Source of the DNA: Clostridiales bacterium
GTDB lineage: Bacteria > Bacillota > Clostridia > Christensenellales > Aristaeellaceae
Direction: 5' to 3'
Assembly: GCA_012728815.1 (NCBI GenBank)
Contig: JAAYEI010000045.1
Coordinates: 21,560-85,559 of the forward strand
DNA: 64,000 bases
Shown: in pieces, positions 1-11,325 of the stretch
How the letters are laid out: each line of letters begins with the position of its first letter
Numbering within the stretch: position 1 is the first letter of the stretch
Notes under the pieces: model-generated
Told to the model about the DNA's origin: nothing
What the model saw: only the letters and a program-made list of their open reading frames with translations
Databases searched by the model: none
Program-made: the position numbers and the translations under genes

Positions 1-164
1 TCGATGACGACCAGCTCCGGGACGGCGTCCATGAGCGCCCAGGCCACCTGGGGGGATACATCGGTATACCCCGGCGCGGTCTCAGCAAGCACATAGCCTG
101 TCAAACCAATCAAGAGCATCAGCGCCAACAGGGCGCCAAAGAGCCTTTTTCTTATGTGCAGCAT
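1..164 (-). CDS. Rhodanese-like domain protein with signal peptide, N-terminal part only (gene runs off the left edge)
   Basis: Reverse-strand ATG at 164 with AAGGAG upstream. Translation is MLHIRKRLFGALLALMLLIGLTGYVLAETAPGYTDVSPQVAWALMDAVPELVVID: a signal peptide followed by an opening typical of single-domain rhodaneses (..VVIDVR). Truncated, so the function is tentative. Confidence 0.45.
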   Translation of the reverse strand, partial: MLHIRKRLFGALLALMLLIGLTGYVLAETAPGYTDVSPQVAWALMDAVPELVVI

Positions 165-392
165 TGTGATTTCTCCTTATCCTGTGTCACCTCGCGGTGC
201 ACTACAAAGGTACCCTGCTTTCCCGGAATGTAACTTTTGGCGTGTGCGCTGCCGTTTCTTCGGGCGGGGGCCGCCTGCGGGCGCATACCTGACCCCGGGA
301 ATTTGCACGATGCTTGGCCGGCGGGCGTCCCATGGTTGACATCCTGGGCGGAAGCGGCCTACAATCGGCCAAAACGCGGGGAGGTGGCCAGG

Positions 393-863
393 ATGTCGGT
401 GCAGGCGGTGCGGGATTACCTGACGCAGTACGGGCTGTCGCAGCGGGTGCGGGAGTTTGACAGCTCCAGCGCCACCGTGCCATTGGCGGCGCAGGCTGTG
501 GGGGTGGAGGAGGCGCGGATTGCCAAGACCCTGTCCTTCAAGACCCCGGAGGGCGGCGCGCTGCTGGTGGTCTGCGCCGGGGACGCGCGGGTTGACAACG
601 CCAAGTTCAAGGCCGCCTTTGGCTTCAAGGCGCGGATGCTGACGGCAGGGGAAGCGCTGGACCTGACCGGGCACGCGGTGGGCGGCGTCTGCCCTTTCGC
701 GCTCAGGCCGGGGGTGCGCGTCTGCCTGGACAGGGCGCTGCAGCGCTTTGAGACCGTCTTCCCGGCGGCCGGCAGCGCGGCCAGCGCGGTGGAGCTGTCC
801 ATGGCCGAGCTGGCGCAGACAACCGGGGGCACCTGGGTGGATGTGTGCAAAACGGCCTCATGA
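393..863 (+). CDS. YbaK/EbsC-type aminoacyl-tRNA deacylase (prolyl-tRNA editing family)
   Basis: ATG at 393 with GGGGAGG about 9 nt upstream; the track ORF from 237 is an N-terminal over-extension. IAKTLSFK...LLVVCAGDARVDNAKFK...GHAVGGVCPF is the YbaK/ProX editing-domain pattern. Confidence 0.8.
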   Translation: MSVQAVRDYLTQYGLSQRVREFDSSSATVPLAAQAVGVEEARIAKTLSFKTPEGGALLVVCAGDARVDNAKFKAAFGFKARMLTAGEALDLTGHAVGGVCPFALRPGVRVCLDRALQRFETVFPAAGSAASAVELSMAELAQTTGGTWVDVCKTAS

Positions 864-1008
864 GCCTGCTCCAAGGTCGCGCCGTCTTCCCTCTCCAAGC
901 AGTCAACAGGCCCCGCCGGGTATGTGCCCGGCCGGGCCGCGCGGATCATTCAAAAAAGGGGCTGTCACCATCGTGGCAGCCCCCGCGTTTTGCCTGCTTT
1001 CATCAGGC

Positions 1009-1800
1009 TCAGGCACCCTCCTGCGCCAGGGTGATCTGGCTGCGCTTGTTCCACAGGGTCTGGAAGCCAAAGTACAAGGCACCGAAGGAGGCCAGGCACA
1101 CCACGGTGCAAATGGCAATCATGATGGCAATCTGGTAGAGGATGGCGGTCATGGGCAGGGTGCCGGACAGAATCTGCCCGGTCATCATGCCCGGCAGGGA
1201 CACGATGCCCATCCCCATCATGGAGTTGAGGGTGGGCAGCAGGGCGGTTTCCAGGGCCTGTCGCACAAAGGGCAGCAGGATGTCCCGGGGGCTGGCGCCG
1301 ATGTTGATCAGCGCGGTCAAGCGCCCGCGCTGCTCCACCAGGCTGCCCCGGAAGGAGCGGATGCCCAGGCCCACCCCTGTCATGGTGTTGCCCAGCAGCA
1401 TGCCGGCGATGGGGATGACGTATTGGGGGTTGAGCAGGCTCTCCCCCACCACCGCCAGGATGAAGAAGGCCAGCACCGCGACCCCGGAAAACAGGATGGA
1501 CGCCGCGATGACCGCCTGAAAGCGCCGGTTGAGCCCCTTGTTTTGCCGCAGCACCCGGAAGATGGAAAAGCCGATGATCAGCCCCAGGTAGCCCAGCACC
1601 AGCGCCCAGTGGGGGTGCTCAAACAGGTAGGTCAGCACCAGGCCCGCCAGCACCAGCTGCACGCTCATGCGCAGGCTGGACACCATCAGCTGCCGCAGCA
1701 GGTTGACCTGGCTCTTCTTCATCACCAGGGCCACCACCACCAGCAGGAGGTACACCAGGCCAAACTGCCAGAGCTGCAGCTGCACAATGCTGCTGTTCAT
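1009..1800 (-). CDS. fetB: FetB/YbbM-family (UPF0014) ABC exporter permease, putative iron export
   Basis: 263 aa polytopic protein. The VIPIAGMLLGNTM...VSLPGMMTGQIL...YQI block matches my recollection of E. coli YbbM/FetB. Start overlaps the upstream ATPase stop by 4 nt. Confidence 0.85.
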   Translation of the reverse strand: MNSSIVQLQLWQFGLVYLLLVVVALVMKKSQVNLLRQLMVSSLRMSVQLVLAGLVLTYLFEHPHWALVLGYLGLIIGFSIFRVLRQNKGLNRRFQAVIAASILFSGVAVLAFFILAVVGESLLNPQYVIPIAGMLLGNTMTGVGLGIRSFRGSLVEQRGRLTALINIGASPRDILLPFVRQALETALLPTLNSMMGMGIVSLPGMMTGQILSGTLPMTAILYQIAIMIAICTVVCLASFGALYFGFQTLWNKRSQITLAQEGA

Positions 1801-2429
1801 GCCGAAACCCTCCCGGTGATGGTGATGACGCGCTGGGCGAAGTGAGACGCCAGGGCCTTATCGTGGCTGACCGCCACCAGGCTGATGCCCCGCTCCCGCG
1901 CGCAAGATGTCAGCCGGGTGAAGAGGGTGTGCGCCGTGGCCTCGTCCAGGGCGCTGGTGGGCTCGTCCATCAACAGGGCGCGGGGCGAAAAGGCCAGGCA
2001 GATGGCCAGGAACACCCGCTGCCGCTCCCCGCCGGAGAGCACCTTGCTGTCTGTTTCAAGGGGAAGGTCCAGCGCGCAGGTGTGCAGGCTGTCGCGCAGC
2101 AGCCGGTCATCCAGGGGGCCCTCCCCGCGGTAGGCCCGGTAATGGGTGAAGTTGTCGCGGATGCTGCCCGGGAACAGCCAGGCGTCCTGCGCCACCAGAA
2201 TGGCCTCCCGCCGCAGGGCCAGGGTGTCCAGGGTGAGGATGTCCTGCCCCAGGTAAAACACCTGCCCGGCGCTGGGGTTCAGGGTCGCGTTGAGGAGCTT
2301 GAGCAGGGTGCTTTTGCCGGCACCGCTCTCCCCCTGCAGGAAGGTGGTCTGCCCCTGCTGGATGTCCAGGTCCGGGTAGGCCAGGATGTCCAGGTAGCGC
2401 AGACCACGGATTGAAAACAATGGCTCCAT
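1797..2429 (-). CDS. fetA: FetA/YbbL-type ABC transporter ATP-binding protein
   Basis: Start taken at MEPLFSIRG (ATG 2429, GGAGG upstream); the longer track ORF is an extension. Walker A GESGAGKST, signature LSGGERQR, Walker B LLMDEPTSALD. Translationally coupled to fetB. Confidence 0.85.
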   Translation of the reverse strand: MEPLFSIRGLRYLDILAYPDLDIQQGQTTFLQGESGAGKSTLLKLLNATLNPSAGQVFYLGQDILTLDTLALRREAILVAQDAWLFPGSIRDNFTHYRAYRGEGPLDDRLLRDSLHTCALDLPLETDSKVLSGGERQRVFLAICLAFSPRALLMDEPTSALDEATAHTLFTRLTSCARERGISLVAVSHDKALASHFAQRVITITGRVSA

Positions 2430-2623
2430 TACAAACCTCCATGGATCAAACGCCCTGAATATAGCACCCCGCGCGGCGGAAGGCCAGGGCGTCGCCCCGA
2501 CTGTTCCGTTCCCCATCACCGTCCGCACAAAAAAACAGCCCCTGATGGAGCCGCTTTCAGGATGACGTCAAAGCAAAGGCAGCGCGGCACGCCCATGCAA
2601 ACCACAACATTTCCGGAAGGTGC

Positions 2624-2665
2624 GGGGGCGCTTTTAGCAAGCGCCCCCGAAATTTTTCCGTTTTT
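2624..2665. terminator. GC-rich hairpin between tpl and fetA; the T-run lies only on the + side
   Basis: GGGGGCGCTT (2624-2633) / AAGCGCCCCC (2639-2648) with a 5-nt loop, then GAAATTTTTCCGTTTTT on the + strand. It sits just downstream of the minus-strand tpl stop. On the minus-strand transcript the U-run is missing, so function as the tpl terminator is uncertain. Confidence 0.35.
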
Positions 2666-2673
2666 CTCCCGCC

Positions 2674-6198
<3,525 letters not shown>

Positions 6199-6663
6199 GG
6201 GCTCCTCTTTCGTGGTGGTTGGGGGATGTCACACCCCCTCGCAAGGGGTCTCAACCTCTGCTTTTTTGTATGCGGCAGGGTTCCTGGGGCCGACAGGGTG
6301 GAAGCATATAGAAAAGGGCCCTGGTTCTCCAAGGCCCGCGCGCTCAGTTCAGCCAAATGAGGCCTCAGCCATCATTTGCCAACACAAAACCCCCGGGCAG
6401 CCTCAGGCGGTCCGGTGGCTCGCCACGCTGCAGGCAGCGCCGCGGCAGGTGACGGGAAGGCGTAAATGGCAAGGCAAAATCCTCTCATGCTCCGCCAAAT
6501 ATCGGCCTGGCGGATGGCTGGCATTATACGGCGCGGCGGGGCAACCTGTCAAGCCTGGCGGCCAGATACAACATCTTCGGGGGATGGAGAAAACGCGCAG
6601 CAGCTTCCACAGCGCCCGGCGCTGCGCGTTGGCTGGGGCGCGGGGTTCACCCGCCGCCCACAC

Positions 6664-6693
6664 TTTCACCTGGCCGTCCCGGCATGATAGAAT
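6664..6693 (+). promoter_or_regulatory. Putative promoter for the phosphofructokinase gene (extended -10)
   Basis: TTTCAC (6664-6669), 18-nt spacer, TGA-TAGAAT (-10 hexamer 6688-6693). This would give a leader of about 190 nt before ATG 6885. Confidence 0.35.
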
Positions 6694-6884
6694 AGCCCAT
6701 GCCGCTGCACGATTCTAAGGGCATGACAGACGCGCCGCTTTTCAGGCCCTGCACAGGGCATGACAGCCTGGCCCCCGCTTCACAAGGCCGCACAGCCTGA
6801 CAGGCAAGCGGTGTCCTGGCATGAACCCGCAGCGCGACAGCACCCGCCCTGCCCCGGCACGACACACCAGAAAGGAGCCCTGCC

Positions 6885-8162
6885 ATGCCCCGCAACAACG
6901 TCCTGGTCGCCCAGTCCGGCGGCCCCTCCCCGGTGATCAACGCCTCCCTGCAGGGGGTGGGGGAAGCCTGCTTTGAACACAGCCAGTTTGGGCGGGTGAT
7001 TGCCGCCCACCACGGCATTGAAGGCGTGCTGCAGGAGCAGCTGCTGGACCTGGGCGCCCAGGACCGGGCCGAAATCGCCCGGCTGATGCACACCCCGGCC
7101 GCGGCCATCGGCTCCTGCCGGTACAAGCTGAAGGACAGCTATGAGGCGGACTACCAGCGCATCCTGGAGGTGTTCCGGGCGCATGATATCGGTTATTTCT
7201 TCTACATTGGCGGCAATGACTCCATGGACACCGCGCACAAGGTGGCCCGGCTGGCGCAGGCCGCCGGGGATGAGCTGCGCGTGATGGGCGTGCCCAAGAC
7301 CATTGACAACGACCTGGGCGATGAGGCCCGCACCCTGATTGACCACACCCCGGGCTATGGCAGCTGCGCGCGCTACTGGGCCAACCTGATCCAGAGCGTG
7401 GAGGCGGAGAACCGCGCCATGCGCCCCTCAGAGTGCGTCAGCGTGCTGCAGGCCATGGGGCGGGATTCCGGCTTCATCACCGCGGCCGCCCGCCTGGGCG
7501 ACCCGGGGCGGCAGATGCCGCTGCTGCTCTTTTTGCCCGAGGCCGGCCACAGCGCGGAGGCGGTGTGTGACCTGGTGCGGGATGGCCTGCGCCGCTGGGG
7601 GCGGGTGATCGCGGTGGTGTCGGAAAGCCTGATGAGCGACGCGGACAGCCACAGGGTGGACGGCTTTGGCCATGTGGAGTACGGCGCCAGCCGCACCACC
7701 GCCATGCAGACGGTGGTCAACCTGCTCAACAGCGCCCGGCTGCCCGTGCGCGGCCAGGCCACCGGGCAGGTGCCGGGCATTTTGCAGCGCGCCTGCGCGG
7801 TGGAGGCCTCGGACGTGGACCGCGCGGAAGCCTATGAGCTGGGTCGCCAGGCGGTGGCCCAGGCGCTTGCGGGCCAGTCCGGCCGCATGGTGACCATCCT
7901 GCGGATGTCCGACAGCCCCTATGCGGTGCGGTATGATACGGTGCCCCTTGAGGCGGTGGCCAACGCCGCGCGCAAACTGCCCGGGGGCTGGGTTGCCCCG
8001 GGCGGCACCGACGTGACGGATGATTTCATCACCTACGCCCGCCCACTGATTGGACAGGCGGTGGGCCGGCATGAGAGCGAAAACGGCCTGCTGCGCTTCG
8101 CGCGGCTGAACTATGAATATGTTGACCAAAAGCTGCCCGCCTACCGCCCGCAGGGGTTTTAA
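6885..8162 (+). CDS. pfp: Phosphofructokinase-family enzyme, probably diphosphate-dependent (PPi-PFK)
   Basis: 425 aa. Carries GGPSPVINA, IGGNDS (an Asp/Asn-type motif rather than the GGDGS of ATP-PFKs), PKTIDNDL and MGRDSG. AAAGGAG RBS upstream. Confidence 0.8.
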   Translation: MPRNNVLVAQSGGPSPVINASLQGVGEACFEHSQFGRVIAAHHGIEGVLQEQLLDLGAQDRAEIARLMHTPAAAIGSCRYKLKDSYEADYQRILEVFRAHDIGYFFYIGGNDSMDTAHKVARLAQAAGDELRVMGVPKTIDNDLGDEARTLIDHTPGYGSCARYWANLIQSVEAENRAMRPSECVSVLQAMGRDSGFITAAARLGDPGRQMPLLLFLPEAGHSAEAVCDLVRDGLRRWGRVIAVVSESLMSDADSHRVDGFGHVEYGASRTTAMQTVVNLLNSARLPVRGQATGQVPGILQRACAVEASDVDRAEAYELGRQAVAQALAGQSGRMVTILRMSDSPYAVRYDTVPLEAVANAARKLPGGWVAPGGTDVTDDFITYARPLIGQAVGRHESENGLLRFARLNYEYVDQKLPAYRPQGF

Positions 8163-8283
8163 GGACCCTTCAGGCCAGCACCCTGAGGCCCGACAGGCCG
8201 CGGTCCAGGCGCTTTCATGAGCGCGCGGGGGGCGAAGGCGTTTTTTATCGAAATAACAGAAACCCCAGGGCAGGGGCCGCGAT

Positions 8284-9786
8284 TTAGCCGGATGACCTGT
8301 GCTCGCCCGCGTCAGGAGGAGGGGCAGGGGACGGTGGCGGGGGCGGCACCCCCTCACCCGTTCCCTGCTGCCGGACAAACCGCACCCTGGTGCCCTGGCC
8401 GAACGCGCTGTCCACCTGGATGTCCATGCCATGGCGCAGGGCAATCTGCCTTGCGATGGCCAGGCCCAGGCCGCTGCCCCGCCTGTCCGCGCCGCTGCGG
8501 GCCTTGTGGAAGCGGTCAAAGAGGTGGGGCAGTTCCTCTGGCCTGATGCCCGGGCCCTCGTCCTGGATGGTGATGCCGCCTTCATCCAGGCGCAGGGTGA
8601 TGGTGCCCCCCTTTGGGGAAAAGCGCGCCGCGTTGTCCAGCACCACCATGAGCATCTGCTTGAGCCGCGCGTAATCCCCCACAAAGGGCAGGGGCGCGCC
8701 GGGCAACCGGGCCTCAAAGCGCAGCTGCTTGTCCCGCGCCAGCCCGCCGGCGCTGCGCAGCGCGTCAGCCACCACGTCCTCCAGCAGCAGGTCGGTCATG
8801 TCCAGCGCGAATTGGGCGTGCTCCAGTTTTGCCAGCTCCATCAGGTCGTTCACCAGGCGCTCAAGGCCCTCGGTCTCCCTGAGCATCTGGCTGTGGTAGC
8901 TGGCGGTCTGCTCGCTGCCTGTGACCACGCCGTCGCGGAAGGCCTCCAGCGAGCCCTTGAGCACGGTCACCGGGGTGCGCAGCTCGTGGGCCACGTTGGC
9001 CAGGAAATCGCGGCGCAGCTGCTCCTGCTCGTTCTGCGCGGCCCTGGCCTGCTGCAAGCGCTGGCCCAGCTCATCCATGGAGCGGGCCAGGGACCCCAGC
9101 TCATCCTGGCGGGTCAGCCCGGTGCGAGCCGCGTAATCCCCCTGGGCCAGCCGCCCGGCGGTGCGCTCCATGCGCTTGACCGGCCGCAGCACATGCCAGG
9201 CCAGCAGGGCGGACAGCGGGATGGCCAGGGCCAGCGCCGCCAGCAGGCTGTACAGCAGGATGCGCTGGCCTTGCCTGGCGGCCGCGTCCATGCCGCTGAC
9301 CGGCTCATGCATCAGCAGGACGCCCGCCACCTGGTCACCTCGGTAAATGGGCACGCCCACGGTGAGGGAGGGCGCGCCCACCAGGTCAGAAAAGCTCTCG
9401 GAAAAGGGGTTCTGGCCCAAAAAGACCTCCCGCACCAGGCGCCCCGCGTCCGGCGGCAGGCTGTCATAGGCCAGGCTGCGCCCCATCATCCGCCCGCCAG
9501 ACAGCACCCGCAGCCGCTCGTCCAGCACCCAGATGTCGTCCATGGACCGGGTGAGCGCGCGCACCAGGGCGCTGTAGCCCCCGCCCATGCCGCCCTGGCC
9601 GGCGCCGGACAGCAGCCCGCTCAATGAGTCCGCCATGCGCAGCGCCCGGTCCTTCAGCTCCTGGCGCTGGTTGTCCAGGACCGTGCGGGTGAACAGCGCG
9701 CCAAAGAGCAGCCCGCTCACAAGGGCCATCACCAGCAGCGCGGCCAGAAAGGCGGCCAGCAGCTTGAGGGCAAACCTAGCCTTCAT
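8284..9786 (-). CDS. Sensor histidine kinase (two TM segments, extracytoplasmic domain, HAMP, HisKA, HATPase_c)
   Basis: Start taken at MKARFALKLLAAFLAALLVMALV (ATG 9786), overlapping the regulator stop by 11 nt. H-box HELRTPVTVLKG, N-box LDNAARFSP, G-boxes DEGPGI and GSGLGLAI. Proline-rich C-terminal tail. Confidence 0.85.
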   Translation of the reverse strand: MKARFALKLLAAFLAALLVMALVSGLLFGALFTRTVLDNQRQELKDRALRMADSLSGLLSGAGQGGMGGGYSALVRALTRSMDDIWVLDERLRVLSGGRMMGRSLAYDSLPPDAGRLVREVFLGQNPFSESFSDLVGAPSLTVGVPIYRGDQVAGVLLMHEPVSGMDAAARQGQRILLYSLLAALALAIPLSALLAWHVLRPVKRMERTAGRLAQGDYAARTGLTRQDELGSLARSMDELGQRLQQARAAQNEQEQLRRDFLANVAHELRTPVTVLKGSLEAFRDGVVTGSEQTASYHSQMLRETEGLERLVNDLMELAKLEHAQFALDMTDLLLEDVVADALRSAGGLARDKQLRFEARLPGAPLPFVGDYARLKQMLMVVLDNAARFSPKGGTITLRLDEGGITIQDEGPGIRPEELPHLFDRFHKARSGADRRGSGLGLAIARQIALRHGMDIQVDSAFGQGTRVRFVRQQGTGEGVPPPPPSPAPPPDAGEHRSSG

Positions 9787-10468
9787 CCGCTGCCTCCACC
9801 AGCCGGTAGCCCAGGCCCCAGACGGTGCCGATCTGCCAGCCCCGCGGGCCATGGGGCTCCAGCTTGGCGCGCAGGCGCTTGATGTGGGAATCCACCGTGC
9901 GGCTGTCGCCAAAATAATCATAGCCCCAGATGCTGGTGAGCAGATTGTCCCGGGTGAACACCCGGCCCGGGTGCGCGGCCAGGGCGCCCAGCAGCTCAAA
10001 CTCCTTGCGGGTCAGCATCACCTCCTGCCCGTTCACAAAGGCCCGGTTGTCCGCCAGGCTGACGCGCAGGTTGCCGATGACCAGGTCGTCTGCCGCCTGG
10101 GCGGGGCGCTCGGCCCGGCGCAGCACCGCGCGCAGGCGGGCCATCACCTCGCCCGGAGAAAATGGCTTGACAACGTAGTCATCAGCGCCGGTGTCCAGGC
10201 CCATGATCCGCTCAAAATCCTCCCCCCGCGCGGTCACCATGATGATGGGCACCATGGAGGTCTTGCGGATTTCCCGGCACACCGCGAAGCCATCCAGCCC
10301 GGGCATCATCACATCCAGCAGCAGGGCCTCGGGCTGGATCTCATGGAACAGCTCCAGCGCCTTGAGGCCATCCGGCGCCACATGCGGGGTGTGGCCTTCT
10401 TGTTTCAGGTAGTCCGAGAGCACGGCGGCAATCTGCCGGTTGTCATCGGCGATGAGGATGTCTGCCAT
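9776..10468 (-). CDS. OmpR-family response regulator
   Basis: Start at MADILIADDN (ATG 10468, GGAGG upstream). Receiver motifs DD...LLLDVMMPGLDG...K. Winged-helix C-terminus LTRKEFELL...VDSHIKRLRAKL. Confidence 0.9.
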   Translation of the reverse strand: MADILIADDNRQIAAVLSDYLKQEGHTPHVAPDGLKALELFHEIQPEALLLDVMMPGLDGFAVCREIRKTSMVPIIMVTARGEDFERIMGLDTGADDYVVKPFSPGEVMARLRAVLRRAERPAQAADDLVIGNLRVSLADNRAFVNGQEVMLTRKEFELLGALAAHPGRVFTRDNLLTSIWGYDYFGDSRTVDSHIKRLRAKLEPHGPRGWQIGTVWGLGYRLVEAADEG

Positions 10469-10645
10469 ACGGCCTCCTGCGGGGGTCGCTTGCCTTGGAT
10501 GGTGCCAGTATACCAGAGCGCGGGGCGGGCTGTGGGCAGGGTGTTTGCCCAACCCGCATCACCCGCAGCTGCGCCCTTTACCTGCCGGACGGGCCCAGGG
10601 CAAGGGCGCCCCATGGTGTGGGCGCCCTTGCCAGGTCTCTTCGCA

Positions 10646-11218
10646 TCAGCGGCGGTTGCGCCCGGGGCCGCGGGGGGCGGTCCAGGGCTGGCCGGTGCCC
10701 TGGTTGAAGTGGTCACACACCCCATCCTGATCCTGGTCCTGGAAGAAGCGGCCCTGGGTGTTGGGCAGGGCGCCGCGCATGCCGCCCATGCGGCCCCGCA
10801 TCATCCGGCCCAGCTTCCGCACAGCCTGGCGGCCCCGCATCAGGCGCTGACGGCCCTGGCGCTGCTGGCTGGTGCCCAGGTGGTCGCACACGCCGTCCTG
10901 GTCCTCATCGGTAAAGCCGGGGGCCCCAGGGTTTTGCCCGGGCGCCTGGCCGCAGGTGTCGCACAGGCCATCCTGGTTTTCGTCCACAAAGGGGGCCTGG
11001 GAGGGCCGCGCCTGGTTCCGGCGCCAGCCACGGCAACAGGAGGGAGCGCGGGGGGCCTCGCTTGCCGGGGATTCAGCGGGCGGGGTTTCCGTCTCGGGGG
11101 TTTCAGCGGGCGTGGTCACCGCCCCAGGGGATTCTGCCGGCGGGGCTTCCGCCAGTGAACCCGTCAGGGGCAGGGCGAAAAGCAGCGCGGCCAGCAAAAG
11201 GGCTGTCAGCTTGTTCAT
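10646..11218 (-). CDS. Secreted low-complexity protein with three F-x-D-x-[ND]-Q-D-G-[LV]-C-D repeats (EF-hand/DxDxDG-like), function unknown
   Basis: Start at MNKLTALLLAALLFALPLTGSLAEA (signal peptide). It is followed by a Pro/Glu/Thr/Ala-rich spacer, then FVDENQDGLCD, FTDEDQDGVCD and FQDQDQDGVCD separated by Arg/Gly/Met-rich segments; 6 Cys in the mature part. Lies 177 nt upstream of the two-component genes on the same strand. Confidence 0.6.
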   Translation of the reverse strand: MNKLTALLLAALLFALPLTGSLAEAPPAESPGAVTTPAETPETETPPAESPASEAPRAPSCCRGWRRNQARPSQAPFVDENQDGLCDTCGQAPGQNPGAPGFTDEDQDGVCDHLGTSQQRQGRQRLMRGRQAVRKLGRMMRGRMGGMRGALPNTQGRFFQDQDQDGVCDHFNQGTGQPWTAPRGPGRNRR

Positions 11219-11325
11219 GGTGTTCACTCCTTGTGAGGGATTCAGCATCTGGATGCTGTGCGCCCAGCATAGGAGGGAACCGTGTCAAAACTGTGTCTTT
11301 TTGAAGGAAGCTTTGTGACGGGCGC

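Noticed and set aside
6403-6669. 88-aa (minus strand) and 73-aa (6466-6687, plus strand) ORFs in the long typA/pfp spacer.
   Set aside because: They are Arg/Pro/Ala/Trp-rich with no RBS and no motif, and they overlap each other on opposite strands. Treated as non-coding.
8163-8283. Convergent gap between pfp and the histidine kinase, examined for a bidirectional terminator.
   Set aside because: Only a short GCGCT-TTCATG-AGCGC stem and a GGCGTTTTTT run that do not form a convincing stem-loop/U-tract unit. Not reported as a feature.
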